This document shows positions 36,902-50,722 of a stretch of 64,000 nucleotides of DNA, in pieces. The notes under the pieces are model-generated. The model searched no databases, was not told the DNA's origin, and worked only from the letters and a program-made list of their open reading frames with translations. The position numbers and the translations under genes were made by a program. The first letter of the stretch is position 1, and every line of letters starts with the position of its first letter. Source of the stretch: Octopus vulgaris (taxonomy: Eukaryota); the NCBI GenBank assembly GCA_951406725.2, contig OX597815.1, forward strand, positions 163,246,001 to 163,310,000, written 5' to 3'.

Positions 36902-37622
36902 TGTGTGTATATATTTCTGTGCGTGTCTTTGTGTCGGTGTTTTTTCCCACAACATCACTTAACAACCGCTGTTGGTGCGTTTATGTCCCTGTAAATTAGT
37001 GGTTCAGCATAAGAGACCGATAGAATAAGTACTAGGCTTACAAAAAACAAGTCCTGGAGTTGATTTCTTCGACTAAAACCCTTTAAGGCGGTGCTCCAGC
37101 ATGGCTGCAGTCAAATGACTGAAACAAGTAAAAGAGTAAAATAGTGAAAGAGTAAAAAGAGTAAAAGAATCACACAGAGGTCAAGGTGTTTGATTAGGAA
37201 TAAGAGCCAATGCACGAAACTCTCGGCCCTTCAGTCACTCTGTAATTTATACTCTTATTGATAACACACACACATATACACACGCGCGCGCGCGCACATG
37301 CAAAGAGGTATAACTACACGACCGTGCTTTCCACACCGATTTTGTTTCCTCATAACTTTCAGAAAAATGAGTATTCTTATGATAGAATTTTCTATAAGTG
37401 TCTCAGATGATATACTCATATACTCTTTTACTCTTTTACTTGTTTCAGTCATTTGACTGCGGCTATGCTGGAGCACCGCCTTTAGTCGAGCCAATCGACC
37501 ATAGGACTTATTCTTTATAAGCCTAGTACTTATTATATCGGTCACTTTTGCCGAACCGCTAAGTTACGGGGACGTAAACACACCAGCATCGGTTGTCAAG
37601 CGGTGTTGGGAGGAGAAACAGA

Positions 37623-37750
<128 letters not shown>

Positions 37751-39115
37751 CGACAGGCTTCTTTCAGTTTCCGTCTACCAAATCCACTCACAAGGCTTTG
37801 GTCGGTCCATCGCCCTGAGGCTATAATAGAAGACGCTTGCCCAAGTTGCCACGCAGTGGGACTGAAACCGGAACCATGTGGTTCGTAAGCCAGCTACTTA
37901 CCACACAGCCACTCCTACGCCTATATAGATTGATTATATCGGAATTTGTTATGAAAATTGTTTTTGAGTAAAGTGAGAATAGTTTCGGGTAATTCTGACG
38001 CCACGAATTTGTTTCCGCATATCATTCAGAGAATTGGTAATTTTCTTAATAAAATTTTCTACAGATAACTTTCAGATGGTGTATTTCCCGACTATAACGG
38101 AATTTAATGTGTAAAAAAAAAAGACAAATAACGTGGGAGGAAGGCACTCATATTTCATGCATCTCGAATTTGTTTCCTCATATCTTTGTTGATGTTAATT
38201 AGAATTATGCTGGGAAAAAAATTACTTTTGAGAACTAATTCATATTTTCCGTTCTGGAATTTCTTAAATGAATATCGTTTTAATAAAGTGGAATTTTTCC
38301 CGAGACACTGGAGTAACTTGATAAAAATAAAAAAATAAATAAAATAAAGCAAGGATCAGAGATTAATTTTTTGGCATGGCTGTTTGGTATTAACAGGCGC
38401 GAACACTTTTATTTTCTAAAAAATAGTCATTTAATAAATTACAGAGAAGAGAGGATGACACAGTCCTTAATAACTATATTTTCCCAGCATAAGGTATGGT
38501 TCCAGTGTTCAGTCCCACCGCATGATACCTTGGCCAAGTGTCTTCTGCTACAGTCTCGGGCCGACGAAAACCTTGGAAATGAATTTGGTAGATGGAAACT
38601 GAAAGAAGCCCGTAGTATATATGTATGTGTGTGTGCGTCTGTGCGTGTGTGTGCGCGTGTGCACGTGTAAAATTTGTACCAGTTGGGCCCTGGGGTCAAT
38701 CTAATTGACTAGCCCCTCGAAATTGTTGGTCTTGTACCAAAATTGGAAACCGATATTAATTACTTCTACTCTCAGCTGATTTCCATCGCTACATTTTATC
38801 TTTTACTTATCATTAGACTGCGGCCATGGTGGGGTACAACCTTGAAGGGTTTTGTCGAACAATTTTACCCCAATATCTATATTTTAAGCCTGGTACTTAT
38901 TCTATCGGTTCGGTTTGCCAAACCGCTACGTTACGGGGACAAAAACAAACCAACAACGTTGTGAAACGCTGGCGGCAGGGAACAAACGCAATACAAACAC
39001 AAAGACATACAGCGTATAATTATGTACACTTATGTATTCGACGGGCTTCTTTCAGTTTCTGCCTATCAAATCCATTCACAAGGCTTTGGTTGGTCCAGGG
39101 CTATAATAGATGATA

Positions 39116-39686
39116 TTGGGTCGTCCGATTTTTAAAGTTCGTGCCGATTTTTAAAGGAGAGAAAAAGGTCAATAAATACTTGCCATTACATTTTTAATCA
39201 ACCAAATAGGAACCATTTTGTTGCACAATGCGTCTCCATCTTTCCTTTAACTTGAAAATACCCTCTTCCCAGAACTGAGGTGGTTTCATGGTAAAGAATT
39301 CATCAAGGTATATTTTTACGTCATCCAAGGAATTGCAATTTTTACCATTAAGACTATTCTACAGAGACCTGAATAAGTAGAAATCCGAAGGAGCAATATC
39401 TGGTGAATAAGGAGGGTGGGATAACACATCCCAGCCGAACTGCAGCAATTTTTGTCTGGTTCCCAAAGCATCAAGTGCCGAAAATGAACTTTCTTATCTT
39501 CCATTTTAAAGGGTTACAGAATTAACAAAGGTTATAGTAACATAATCCTTCTTTCACGAAAAGATAGCTTAAATTGTGCTCTAAATGGAGGTGTAGTCAA
39601 ATCCTATTTTATGGCCTCAACCATGTTCTAAAATAAGTCGAAAGGTAAGCTACTATAAATCGGCACGAACTTTCCGAACAACCCAA
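39116..39686 (-). mobile_element. Internally deleted mariner element inserted in a family-A SINE
   Basis: TA duplication. TIRs ttgggt(c/t)gt(c/t)cg...aaagttcgtgccgattt. N-terminus MEDKKVHFRHLMLWE fused to C-terminus RQKLLQFGWDVLSHPPYSPDIAPSDFYLFRSL...RWRRIVQQNGSY. Confidence 0.9.
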
Positions 39687-40030
39687 TACTTATCCAAGGT
39701 ACCATGTAATGTATCTGAAACCGAGACCACATGGTTTGGAAGCAAGCTTTTTAACCACACAACCACTTCAAAGACAAAAACATCAGTTTGAAATGAATAC
39801 TATCCTCAGTTTATCTCACCTTCATAATTACTCTTTTACTTGTTTCAGTCATTTCACTGCGGCCATGCTAGAGCACCACCTTTAGTCGAGCAAACCGACC
39901 CTAGGACTTATTCTTTGTAAGCCTAGTACTTATTCTATCGGTCACTTTTACCGAGCCGCTAAGTTACGGTGACGTAAACACACCAGCATCGGTTGTCAAG
40001 CGATGTTGGGGGGACAAACACGGACACACA

Positions 40031-40134
<104 letters not shown>

Positions 40135-41311
40135 CGACGGGCTTCTTTCAGTTTCCGTCTACCAAATCCACTCACAAGGCTTTAATCGGCCCGAGACTAC
40201 AGTAGAAGACACTTGCCCAAGGTGCTATGCAGTGGGACTGAACCCAGAACCATGCGGTTGGTAAGCACCAAATTGTACAGCCAAACTCTAAGATATTATG
40301 ACTCGCATCCAACTGGAATATTATAGCAGTGACAAAAGTAGCGAGCTGACAGAATCGTTAGCATACTGGGTAATTTAGTCCACTCTGACGCGCTGAGTTC
40401 AAAATCCACCGAGGTTGACTTTGTCTTTCATTCTTTCGGGATCGATAAATTAAGTACTAGTGAAACACTGGGGCCAATGTAATCGACTAATCCCCTCCCC
40501 CCAAAATTTTAGGCCTTGTGCCTTTAGTAGAAAAGAATCGTTAGCATACCAGCTAAAATGCTTTGCGTCATTTCGTCCATTTTCACGCGCTGAGTTCAAA
40601 TTCCGGCAAGGTCGACTTTGCCTTTCAACTTTTTGGCGTCGGTAAAATAAATACCAGTTGAAAACTGGGGTCGATCTAATCGACTTATCCCCTCCCTCAA
40701 AGCTGCTGGCCTCGTGCCAAGATGTGAAACCAATATTATAACAATGAATGAATAAGAAATAGATTACCCAGTTTCAGAAAGAGTCTATAACAGAAAGAAA
40801 GGACGAACCCAAATGCATCAGAGAAAGGAATTTTAGCTTCAGTGTATGATAGGTTTATTTCTGCACGATAACACAAACAGCTTGCTTTTGTATTCGAGCG
40901 AAACCAATTCTCTGTGCGAGGATAAACCCTAAAAAAGGCCATAGCCACTAACAATGTTATAAGAGTCTGATATAATTTCTAATTCTGTTGTGTGTTGGGA
41001 GAGTCATTTTCTTTTTGTGCCTTATGATTTAACACACTCATCGGTAAAATTTCCACTTATTTCTAATTTTTATTTTCCTAAAATTTTCGTTTCGTCTTGC
41101 AACCTTTTCAATAGTCTTGATTCTTAATTATAAGGCACAAAAAGAAAATGACTCTCCCCAGACACAACAGAATATGCTTCAACACACGAATAAAGAATCT
41201 TGCAAACCAAATCCAAAAACGAAATATAATTTCTAATGTTTTCATATTTTGTATAACGCCGTAAACGTCTGTAAAGTTACAAATAGAGTGAATAAGTGGC
41301 AGTAGCGGATT

Positions 41312-41365
<54 letters not shown>

Positions 41366-41678
41366 ATCACACATGTATACATAAATACATGCATAGATAT
41401 ACACGCGGGTAAACAGACTCACACATACACTCATATGTACAAATGCACATATGTATAATATGTGTATGCTTTGTTATGTACCTAGGTATAAATGGTCTGG
41501 TTTCAATTCCTAGACCGGGTGGTGCGTTGTGCACTCGAGAGCAAAACACTTTATTTGACGTTGCTTTGTAGTCACTTCAACATCTGAAGCGTGGTACCCC
41601 TTGCACCTTTTCAGGCAAACATCGATTTGATGGAAGGTGTGAGCTAATATACAGTACATACATTCGATCACTTATAAA

Positions 41679-42094
41679 CAGCGCTGGATTAACCATTAAG
41701 CAAAATAAGCACGTGCTTAGGGCATCAAGGGAACCACAGAAATGGTAAATGGTTTACGGCACAAAAGAAATCCTTTTAAACTTGCTAAAATAATATCCGG
41801 CATGCCTTTATCTCTAGTAAGTACAGATGCAGATGTGCTACCTAAGATTAATTTTGAGGATCTGATCAAAGACTTCGCAATTAAAAAAAGTTGGAGGAAA
41901 CTTTTCAAATATAAATATAGTGAAGTATACAAAAATAAACATTATTTTCCCTCTTGCTGTTTTGTTTCGTTTTGAAAAATAAAAATTTATTTTATGGTTT
42001 GTTATTTGTTTATATTTTTATTTACATAATCTTTTATGATGGCCACCAAAATCTTTTAAGTGCTTAGGGCCTCGATGGGTCTTAATCCAGCCCT
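41679..42094 (+). mobile_element. Non-autonomous hAT (Tip100-like) element nested in a SINE
   Basis: TIRs cagcgctggattaa / ttaatccagccct. C-terminal dimerisation-domain remnant LSLVSTDADVLPKINFEDLIKDFAIKKSWRK. Confidence 0.7.
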
Positions 42095-42450
42095 AAATCA
42101 TTTCTGCAGCTTGTTCAGCAAAAAATTGCAGAATTGTCTTTGTCGGACTACGAGAGACTAACTTTATTACAGGTAGTTCAGGTTTTCCGAACTTCCAGTT
42201 AACGAGTTTATATCTTTAAAAGAATTTTTGGTGGCAAAAAAGACAAAACACACAAAAAAACTTATTCATGTAATTTCGTTTGAAATTTACGAATACCTCA
42301 ATGTGTGTTGCTCCAAAATGGTATCCGGGCGGGTGAATTACTCCAGGCAATTGAGCTGAACGTCAAGTTACGTTGGCAAAAGTTGGTAATCCCTGGCCTT
42401 CCTCGATTGTCACTATTTTATTTACGTTAATTCAACGCGAAGTTCAATTA

Positions 42451-43510
42451 CACTGTAACAAATTTATTATTATTTTGGTCTTTGGTCAGTAAGTGTTATT
42501 TCCTCTTTGCTTCTATCTAGAAATCAAAGGAAATGATTACTATTCCCTTCAAACTTTGCTTTTGTGAGCTGGGCATCAATGTTATCAAACAGACCTATTT
42601 TCCATTACATTTCAGACAGATTTAGCGCTGAGTTACAGAAGCAGAAATATCGTTATAGCAAATATTCTGCTCAATACCACAGATTTGCTTGTTAGTTCCT
42701 TGACCTTAACTAATTGAGCATCTTCCTTACGGTTGACAATTAGAGCATCTCTGATCATATGTAGGAGTAGTGGGGAAGCATCATAACCATGTGTTGAGAG
42801 GGATTCTTTAGGGTTTGAATAAATGTAACAAAAGCAAAGTTTGAAGGAAATATTAGCCTTTTTTCATACTTTCTAGGGTAAGCAAAAAGGAAATAACAGC
42901 TGGTACCCAAGGACAAATGGAGGCACGTGGTTTAGTGGTTAGGGTGTTAAACTCATGATCGTAAGGTTGTGGTTTCGATCCCTGGACCGGGCGATGCGTT
43001 GTGTTCTTGAGCAAAACACTTCATTTCACGTTGCTCCAGTCGACTCAGCTGGCAAAAATGAGTAATCCTGCGATGGACCGGCGTCCTTTCCCGGTGGGGA
43101 ATTTCTACGCCACTGAAACCGGGAAACCGGTCCTTATGAGCCTGGCATGGCTTGAGAAGGAACATTTATTGTGGAGGCACATGGCCTAGTGGTTAGAGCA
43201 GCGGACTCGCGGTCGAGGGATCGCGGGTTCGAATATCAGACCGGAGGATGTGTGCGTTTATGAGCGAAACACCTAAGCTCCACGCGGCTCCGGCAGAAGG
43301 TAATGGCGAACTTCTGCTGACTCTTTCGCCACAACTTTTTCTCACTCTTTCCTCCTGCATCTTGCAGCTCAATTGCGACGGACCGGCGTCCCGTCCAGGT
43401 GGGGAACCTATACGCCAAGGAAACCGGGAAACCGGCCCTTATGAGCCAGACATGGCTCGAGAACGAACAAACAACAAACAACCCAAGGACAAAAGTCGTG
43501 TTACATAGTG
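42451..43510. mobile_element. Long-TIR (foldback-type) MITE carrying two nested SINEs in its right arm
   Basis: Left arm cactgtaaca...tgttatttcctctttgctt...tattcccttcaaactttgcttttgt is inverted relative to acaaaagcaaagtttgaaggaaata...aagcaaaaaggaaataaca...tgttacatagtg. Confidence 0.65.
42918..43480 (+). mobile_element. Two tandem tRNA-derived SINEs (42918-43171 and 43172-43480) sharing head and tail but with different middles
   Basis: Both start tggaggcac(g/a)tgg..tagtggttag with a B-box-like ggt(t)tcga and end tgcga(t/c)ggaccggcgtcc...gaaaccgggaaaccgg.ccttatgagcc...gagaa.gaaca. TSD acccaaggacaaa at 42905-42917 and 43481-43493. Confidence 0.85.
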
Positions 43511-44299
43511 TTACCAGCAAATGGACGTCAGCGATGCGTCTTACACGGCTTTCCTTTGCTTTTCGTTTCTCCATTTTTTTCTTAATATATTTTGACACCC
43601 ATATTTTTTCCAACATTCTCAAAAGAAACGACGATAAACTGACTAAGGCATCAAATAAAGGAAGAAGGAGAACCAGAACTTTTGAACAAAAGTATGAAAA
43701 TTATATGACAACATTATACCGGAAATACCGTAAAAACATCACTGATAGATATTCTTTGAGCTTTTCATCGTTTGTACAGTTTTCAACGAGAAAGAGAAAT
43801 ATTTGATTCGCGTTAAGAATGCGCATTCCATGTAATGTACTTGGCTTCAAAATAAAGAAGATAGCATCGTTCCTCAAATAGAGATTTTAACAGTATGGAC
43901 TAGTGATCAAACACAAAGATTAAACGTTCTTGTTATCTGCGCTGCCAGTTGTAGAAAAACCTGGTCCATTTTTGCAATGCTAAATGATGAAAGAGAAGAT
44001 AACAAGGAAACTTGCCGCAGGCGGTGAATGCTTTAAACACTGTAAGAAGAGAGCAGGCTGGCATATCATAAATTTAGAAAGTGAAGCAGCAGCGCAGATC
44101 ATGGCATGGTAAAATATTTTACTCATTTAATTACTGATGAGGAAAATTATACGGGGTGCGACAAAAAACTTTCTACGTTTTACAAATTGACAAATGCTTT
44201 AACAGCAAATGAATGGTGTGCAGTAGCTAAAACTATAATTTCTCTAAATATAAAGCTGAAGTTATTTGCGTATGGCAGGTTTTGTAGCCTTCAACTAAC

Positions 44300-44631
44300 A
44301 CTATCTCCTCCGAGACCCTGCGGCGCAAGTTGGCCAAAATTGAAAGTATGATAGAAAAAGGCTTGCTCTTCATTCCGTAGGAGATAAAATTCAAATCGGA
44401 CCATGTTAAGACTAAAAATTATTTACATCAAAAAGGTGCCTTTTTTTCTATGAAAATCCCTATTTTTTACGATTTTTTGACTGCTGTGTCTCCATTTTTC
44501 GGTGTATTTCAACCAGAAAAATGTTCACTTAAAGAGAATAACAAGCTACATAATGCGAAATGTTTACTTTTCAAAAATTCCAATTCTAAAGGGTCGAAAC
44601 AAACCCGAGCAACGCCGGGCGATATTGCTAG
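44300..44631 (+). mobile_element. Helitron-like non-autonomous element, 3' end
   Basis: GC hairpin cccgagcaacgccggg (44604-44619) followed 8 nt later by CTAG then T. Confidence 0.65.
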
Positions 44632-45608
44632 TTATAATTAAAAAAAAAGCGGTAAAACATTACAGAGATGTACTTGTAAAGCAAGTGTTTTGATTTAAGA
44701 TCGTGTATTGAAACTAAAACGATTGCAGCGTGGAAATTTGCAAGTTAGCCATTCAGAAACACACAAAGGAAGTTAAACTTCTTTAAAACATTTATTGTTC
44801 GTAAAAGAGTGTCAAAATTTTCGTCACCCAAAACTGCGACTTGGTCGGTGACGCCATGTTACAAACAATTAATGTCTAAGATGAAGTTAACGGTCTTTGT
44901 GCATTTCAAAATAGTAAAACATTAGAAGAAAACACTGTTAGCATTTGCCTAACTTCTCTAGCTAATGTATATACAGCTAATATCAAGGCGACGAGCTGGC
45001 AGAATCGTAAGCGCGCCGAGCAAAATGCTTAGCGGGTATTTCATCCGTCTTTACGTTTTGAGTTCAAAATCTGCCGTGATCAACTTTACCTTTCATCCTT
45101 TCGGAGTCGATAAATAAGTTCCAGTTAAGTATTGAGGTCGATATAATCAACTTAGCCCTTCCTCGAAATTTCCGACCAAGGTGAAGGTATGGCAGGGGAA
45201 AATTACAAACTTCCGGCCGAGCTGCCAGAAGCGTCAGCATGCCGGGCAAAATGCTTAGCAACAATTCGTCTTTACATTCTGAGTTAAAATTCTACAGAGC
45301 TCAACTTTACATTTTATAAAATTAGTATCAGGTGGAATCTAGGGTCGATTACTGGCCTTGTGCCAAACTTTGAAACCAATACATATAGTTAATATCGAAG
45401 CAACAACAGTAATAATTTTTTCTCCACACACTGTATGTCAGCTCATGACGGACGAGACAAGAGTCTTTTAGAAAAGCAATTACCATAAAAGAACAGCAAT
45501 GTGAAATAAGCGTAATCTATATCTGATGAAAAACTTCGAAAAGTTATCAAACTGTTAATGTGAAGGTAATGCAGATGAAAACTACAAACTCAAATCAACA
45601 CTCACTCA

Positions 45609-45826
45609 CGAGTGGTTGCTAAAAAGTTCCTGGCTTTGGAGTAAAAGAAACTACAAGAGGATCAGTTAATTATGATTCTATTCAACATATTTCCCCTCTC
45701 AGATTCACACAGTTATTACAGCGGTCCTTCAGTTTTTCTAAGCCCTGTAAAAGAATTCGGATGGTTGGGCCTCCAACCGGGCCTTTCGCAATACCCTGAA
45801 ACCAAGAACTTTTTAGCATCCCCTCG
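45609..45826. mobile_element. mariner-type MITE
   Basis: TIRs cgagtggttgctaaaaagttcctgg / ccaagaactttttagcatcccctcg followed by TA. Confidence 0.75.
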
Positions 45827-47357
45827 TATAGATCAGAAAATCCAGAGGCTCTAAAAATTACCACGAAAAGTATTCTCATAATCATAAGGAAAAAACAAAC
45901 GAAAAAACCCCCAAAAGGTTTGGATAACAGTTTCACTTTTTGGGAGATTGGTTTTCTCATCCTTTCATTCTTGAGATAAAACAATATTATAAATGAAAAA
46001 AAATTCTTGCTACGTGCTTTTAATTTTCGTTAATGCAACCAAACAACCAGTATCTCAGCAAAATCCTCATACAAATGTTAAAATTACTTTTTCTTTTTTT
46101 ACCGCTAAAATCAATCTCTCTTCAACCTATGGATCAGGGGTTTATTTCATCTGTTAAGGCCTGCTTTTTACGAGAAACATTTGATACTCGTCATAAAACC
46201 ACGAATAAGAAAAGAAGGTTGAACTATTGCGCAGATTTGGAAGAGCTTGAGTGTTTTAGATGCAATCACTGCAATGAAGTATGCGTGAGTGAACGATAAG
46301 GAAGAAATTTATGATTAAGGACCGAAATATGAGTGTTTACGTTCGTTTCCATTGTTCTCGGATTGTGCGCTAAAAATCCATTTGTTTAACCTGTCAAAAA
46401 TTCATCATTATACTAGATAAATCAGAGGCGAATATAGACAAGTCGAATCTAATTCCAGTAACTTAGTCCGGCTTTAATATATAAACACACAATACCTTTA
46501 AGCAAAGGCCGGCTCCTGTTAACTTCAGACAGCTTCGTGCTTATCACCTTTAATCACTTTCTTTCTGTTAGCTACAATTGCAATTTCGCCAAGATTTAGT
46601 TTACACACACACACACACACTGACTACTTTCGTGCGAGCCTTGAACTCTTTACTATCCTACATTTACGCACTAGGTGGCAGACAACAGTAAGTACTGGAC
46701 AAGCGATTTTCGATGTTAACAAACTTTCACCCATAATGCAAGCTTTTATGTTTCTCCAAACACATCGCAGTTGTATAATTACATAACGATTGCAAAGAGG
46801 TAAAATATCGGTAATAAGTGTAGAATATCTTTCGTTAATTCATTCCAGGACACCCAGAAAGTATCCACTTATCTCATTTGTTTTGTATGGTACAGCATTT
46901 CGGAGAAGGCCGTGAAGGGTGAATGGCAAAAACATTGTCCCAACGTAATTGCAAATTTGAAGAATTTGAAAGAAATCTGAAGATATCATAAAGCACGAAA
47001 GCAAAATACAAAAACAAAAGAAAAGTCATCCAAACAGCTGACATGTTTAAGTTTTTATAGTGGATCAACGTGAAACGCACAATAATGAGCTTAACTAAAG
47101 AGGGAGTTATTCGATAACTTGCGAAAATGATAATGAAAAACAAAAGGAAGAAGAGGACCTTTTATTTCGTAACTTTATATCCATGGGACTTCAAGGAGGC
47201 TTTTGAACAGAGAAAATGTCAATAAAAATTTAAGAGTCACAAAACCCAAATGATGAACGCGAAATAGAAAGGTTACCTTCGCTTGCCATCAGCAAATTTA
47301 TGAAGCGAAGAAAACAATGTTGCAAGCAGAGAATTCTCTAAGCGTTCCTGAAACAAG

Positions 47358-47358
<1 letters not shown>

Positions 47359-47389
<31 letters not shown>

Positions 47390-47447
47390 GCAACAGCAGC
47401 AGCAGCAACAACAAAACAACAACAACAACAACAACAGCAGCAGCAGC

Positions 47448-47482
<35 letters not shown>
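47359..47482. repeat. (CAA)n/(CAG)n microsatellite
   Basis: Direct inspection. Confidence 0.95.
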
Positions 47483-47483
<1 letters not shown>

Positions 47484-48464
47484 CACCCGATGTGTTGAAA
47501 ATCGAATACAAAAATGGACTATGAACGTTAATTAAAGTTTCAGTGAAAAAAATACTTCTCGTTTTATTTTGAAATTTTTATTTCCTTTCTTTTCTTCCTT
47601 TTTTGCTTAAATGTGAGTAGATTTTTAATTAGCTGCTAATCATAATAATTCGTTTGTGTTTCTTTTGTTCGTTTTCAAAAAAGAAATTGGCTGAAAATTT
47701 TTGATTGGAACCAAAGTCACGATTATTATATTACTATGAGAAAATACCAGTTGCTTTATGAGCTCTCGAATAACGAGTGATAATTAGAAGTGAATTAACT
47801 CATTAGGACGAGAACGGCCTGCATATCAACATATACAAATGTATCTATAAAGATGTTTTAGCAGTATAACTAATACAAGCTGCGTCTATTTGCAGTAATT
47901 ATTTATACAAAGCACTCTTTCTATTTCAACTATATTTTATCTAAATATCTACTCCACATATACTACCTCTCTCTATCTATTACTCACACACAGGACCTCC
48001 AAGAAAAATTTTGCAAGGTGGAACTAGTAAGCGAATTCATTTCGGGTCTCGACAAAAAATGCAAATCCTTTGAAATTTCAGTTCTTTAAAAAAACTTCTT
48101 GGGTCGAGAAATTAATTTTTTGTAACTAAACAATTTCAAACTTCGGACACTGGTAGAATGTGTCATATAAAACATCTTTTACTCTTAGTGTTGTTGAGAA
48201 AAGTTTATATTTTCAAAGTTATTTCGTGTTAAAGTTGTCGTATTTCGATAATTTCAATCAATCAATGACGTGTATTCAGCTGAATAAAATTACTGCTGTT
48301 GTTTGTCAACAACAACTTCCGGCGTTGAAAGGGAAAAGATTCAACTTCTTTATTATATTTATTTCACTATTTTGATGGAAGGCACTGGTAAATATTCACA
48401 GGACTTTTTTATTTTAAATTCCAAACTGATATATCGGTTGACCCTCACATTTTATAAGTATTCA

Positions 48465-48505
<41 letters not shown>

Positions 48506-48506
<1 letters not shown>

Positions 48507-48860
48507 TCTTGCATCAATCACTAAATCTAATCCTTCCTTCCCAGAATGTCGGCCTTTTTGGGTTTCTCTCCCTGCTCATAGCTTACTTGTGTGTACAAGA
48601 CTTACAAAAGTCCAAGCGGAAAATTAATGGCATCAACCTCACAGATGTAGGATGATCTGCAAAAGCCAAGGATACTGCTCTTCGACGAGGTTCTTCTGCC
48701 TTTAAAAGCAGCTGTTGTAGATAGCCATAGAGCGAAAGCAAAGACTACGAAGCGGAAGTGTGAAAAAAGTGAAATTATCAATTGTCAGACGGAAAGGGTA
48801 ACACTGAAGTGAGGTTCGATGCTATACAAATGTTTTACAAAAAAATGGAAGACAAATCGG
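48506..48860 (+). pseudogene. Heavily eroded, intronless ABC-transporter (ABCC/MRP-like) C-terminal NBD fragment
   Basis: Ordered motif remnants across frameshifts: VL..LNLILPSQNVGLFG, SGKI.NGINLTDVG.DL, KPRILLFDE.SSA (Walker B), VV(I)AHR (H-loop), DGK...FDA, MFYKKM. Confidence 0.45.
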
Positions 48861-49894
48861 AAGCGGCGTTGGTCATAACATTGTTGGTCTTTTGGTGAAT
48901 GGCGATTCAAACTGTTAAGGGGTCTCTGAACAATTAATATTACGATAGGAGCAGCAGTGGCAGTAGTAGTAGTGTAGTAGTAGTAGCAGCAGCAGCAGCA
49001 GCAGTAACAGCTGTAGTGGTAGCTACACTCAAACAGTGGCACATAGACAAAGGTAATGCGTGAGTAGTCATAAATGTGAAAAGAAAGAGTAAGAAGAAAA
49101 ATGTATATCTATGAAAATTATACATAGCTAAAAATTATGTATATATCAATAATGAACAGGGATACATAGATGTATATACATAAAAACATGCATATGTGTA
49201 CTCATAATCACACACACATAGTAAATTTAAATGTAAGTGTGTTGGTAGTTCATTCATTCCTTTATTACGATCGTTTCAATAATACGTGGTTCAAACATAT
49301 CGTGAATATAAATTATGAAATATGTAATATTACCACATATTACACGTGATCCATGTTCCATGTTCGTCTTGTCAGACATAGGTGTCTGTCTGTCTCTCTC
49401 TATCTCTTTCTCCCCCCTCTCTCTCTATATATATATATATGCCTTCCCATCATCAGCGCAAAACATGTATTAGTACATACCCATAACAAAGCGAGTTTGC
49501 ATGTCTATATACAAACACTTGATTCGAAAAAGCCTGACTTAAATCTTCTCACGACGACCACATGTATTTATATCACAATAGGACCGTAGAAATGAAATAA
49601 TTCGCAATTAATGTGGAGTCTTTTTTAAATATCTTTTCACTAGCCCGCTTTCAATCGCATGTATTAATGGATTTTTTTCTTGGTAGCATCGTAATGTTTA
49701 GCCATTCATTTAGTATGGAGGAGAAAAGTCATGTTTTGGCTTTCTCCCTTAAGATATATATAATTATTAATTAAATATATAAATTGCTTATTTCCATGCT
49801 GACTACACGATGATAATCCTTATTTTATGAATATCAATAAATAAATAAATAAAATATTATTATTATGATATTTTTACTTCTCATCAAAACCCCA

Positions 49895-50416
49895 CATATT
49901 TTTCCTTTATCAGAGCAAATTTGGCTTACAGCTGTTTTCAGTAGTCATTATAGGCATATTACGGACAGGTTTATTCAATTGGTCTATTGCTCAGCTGAGG
50001 AAAATTGAACGACCTAAGAGAATTAATGTTACTTTCGTCAGAGCCATTTCTGGTTATAAAAGCAAAGAACCTGGAAGAATGGCTATTGTCCCTCTTCCAA
50101 ATTTGGCAATACAATGTCCCTACTTCTAGTAAGTGATGCCTATAGCATCCCCTTACCTACTTCCACTCCTTTGTAACCCGTCTTCCTGTGTTTTCTATTC
50201 AACATGAATATTTCTATCTTCTTCTCCCACCTTCCCCCAAACAATAGCCATTCCACCAGTGCTCTGCTTGTTATAACCAGAAATGGTTCTGACGAAAGTA
50301 GCATTAATTTTTTTCGTCGCTCAATTTTCCTCAATTGATCGATAGCCCAACTGAGAAAACCTATCAGTAACGAAACAGCTGTAAGCTAAGTTTGCTTCAA
50401 TAAAGGAAGAATATGT
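49895..50416. repeat. Diverged inverted repeat of about 180 bp, Penelope-like terminus
   Basis: 49895-50088 versus 50241-50416. The arms carry gaaacagctgta, a palindromic hammerhead stem III remnant. Confidence 0.65.
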
Positions 50417-50643
50417 AATGACCATTATTTCAAAGTTGTTTCTTATATATCACTCTGTGTAAAAACCAGTTTGTCTGGAGCCCAGCCATGGATTTACAAT
50501 ATTTGCTATGAACCATAACTTTGGATCCTACCAAAAGATTACTTGGACTTCTTCACTAATCTAAGTAATGCTGTTAGCCTATCGTGCCCGCAGAGAGCTT
50601 ATGGAGTATTTTGCCCGGATTGATAATCCCTCACTATTTGTTG

Positions 50644-50722
<79 letters not shown>

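Larger units (their letters stand above)
43650..46310 (+). mobile_element. Fragmented pogo/Tigger transposase relic, interrupted by younger elements
   Basis: Colinear remnants: FKHCKKRAGWHIINLESEAA(S)AD at about 44030-44100, DET...F*K..LP at about 45450-45485, FLP...SLQPMDQGFISSVKACFLRETF at about 46095-46185. Confidence 0.65.

Noticed and set aside
43172-43250. tRNA-like sequence with A and B boxes
   Set aside because: It is the head of a SINE: no complete acceptor stem, and it continues into a SINE body and tail within a TSD.
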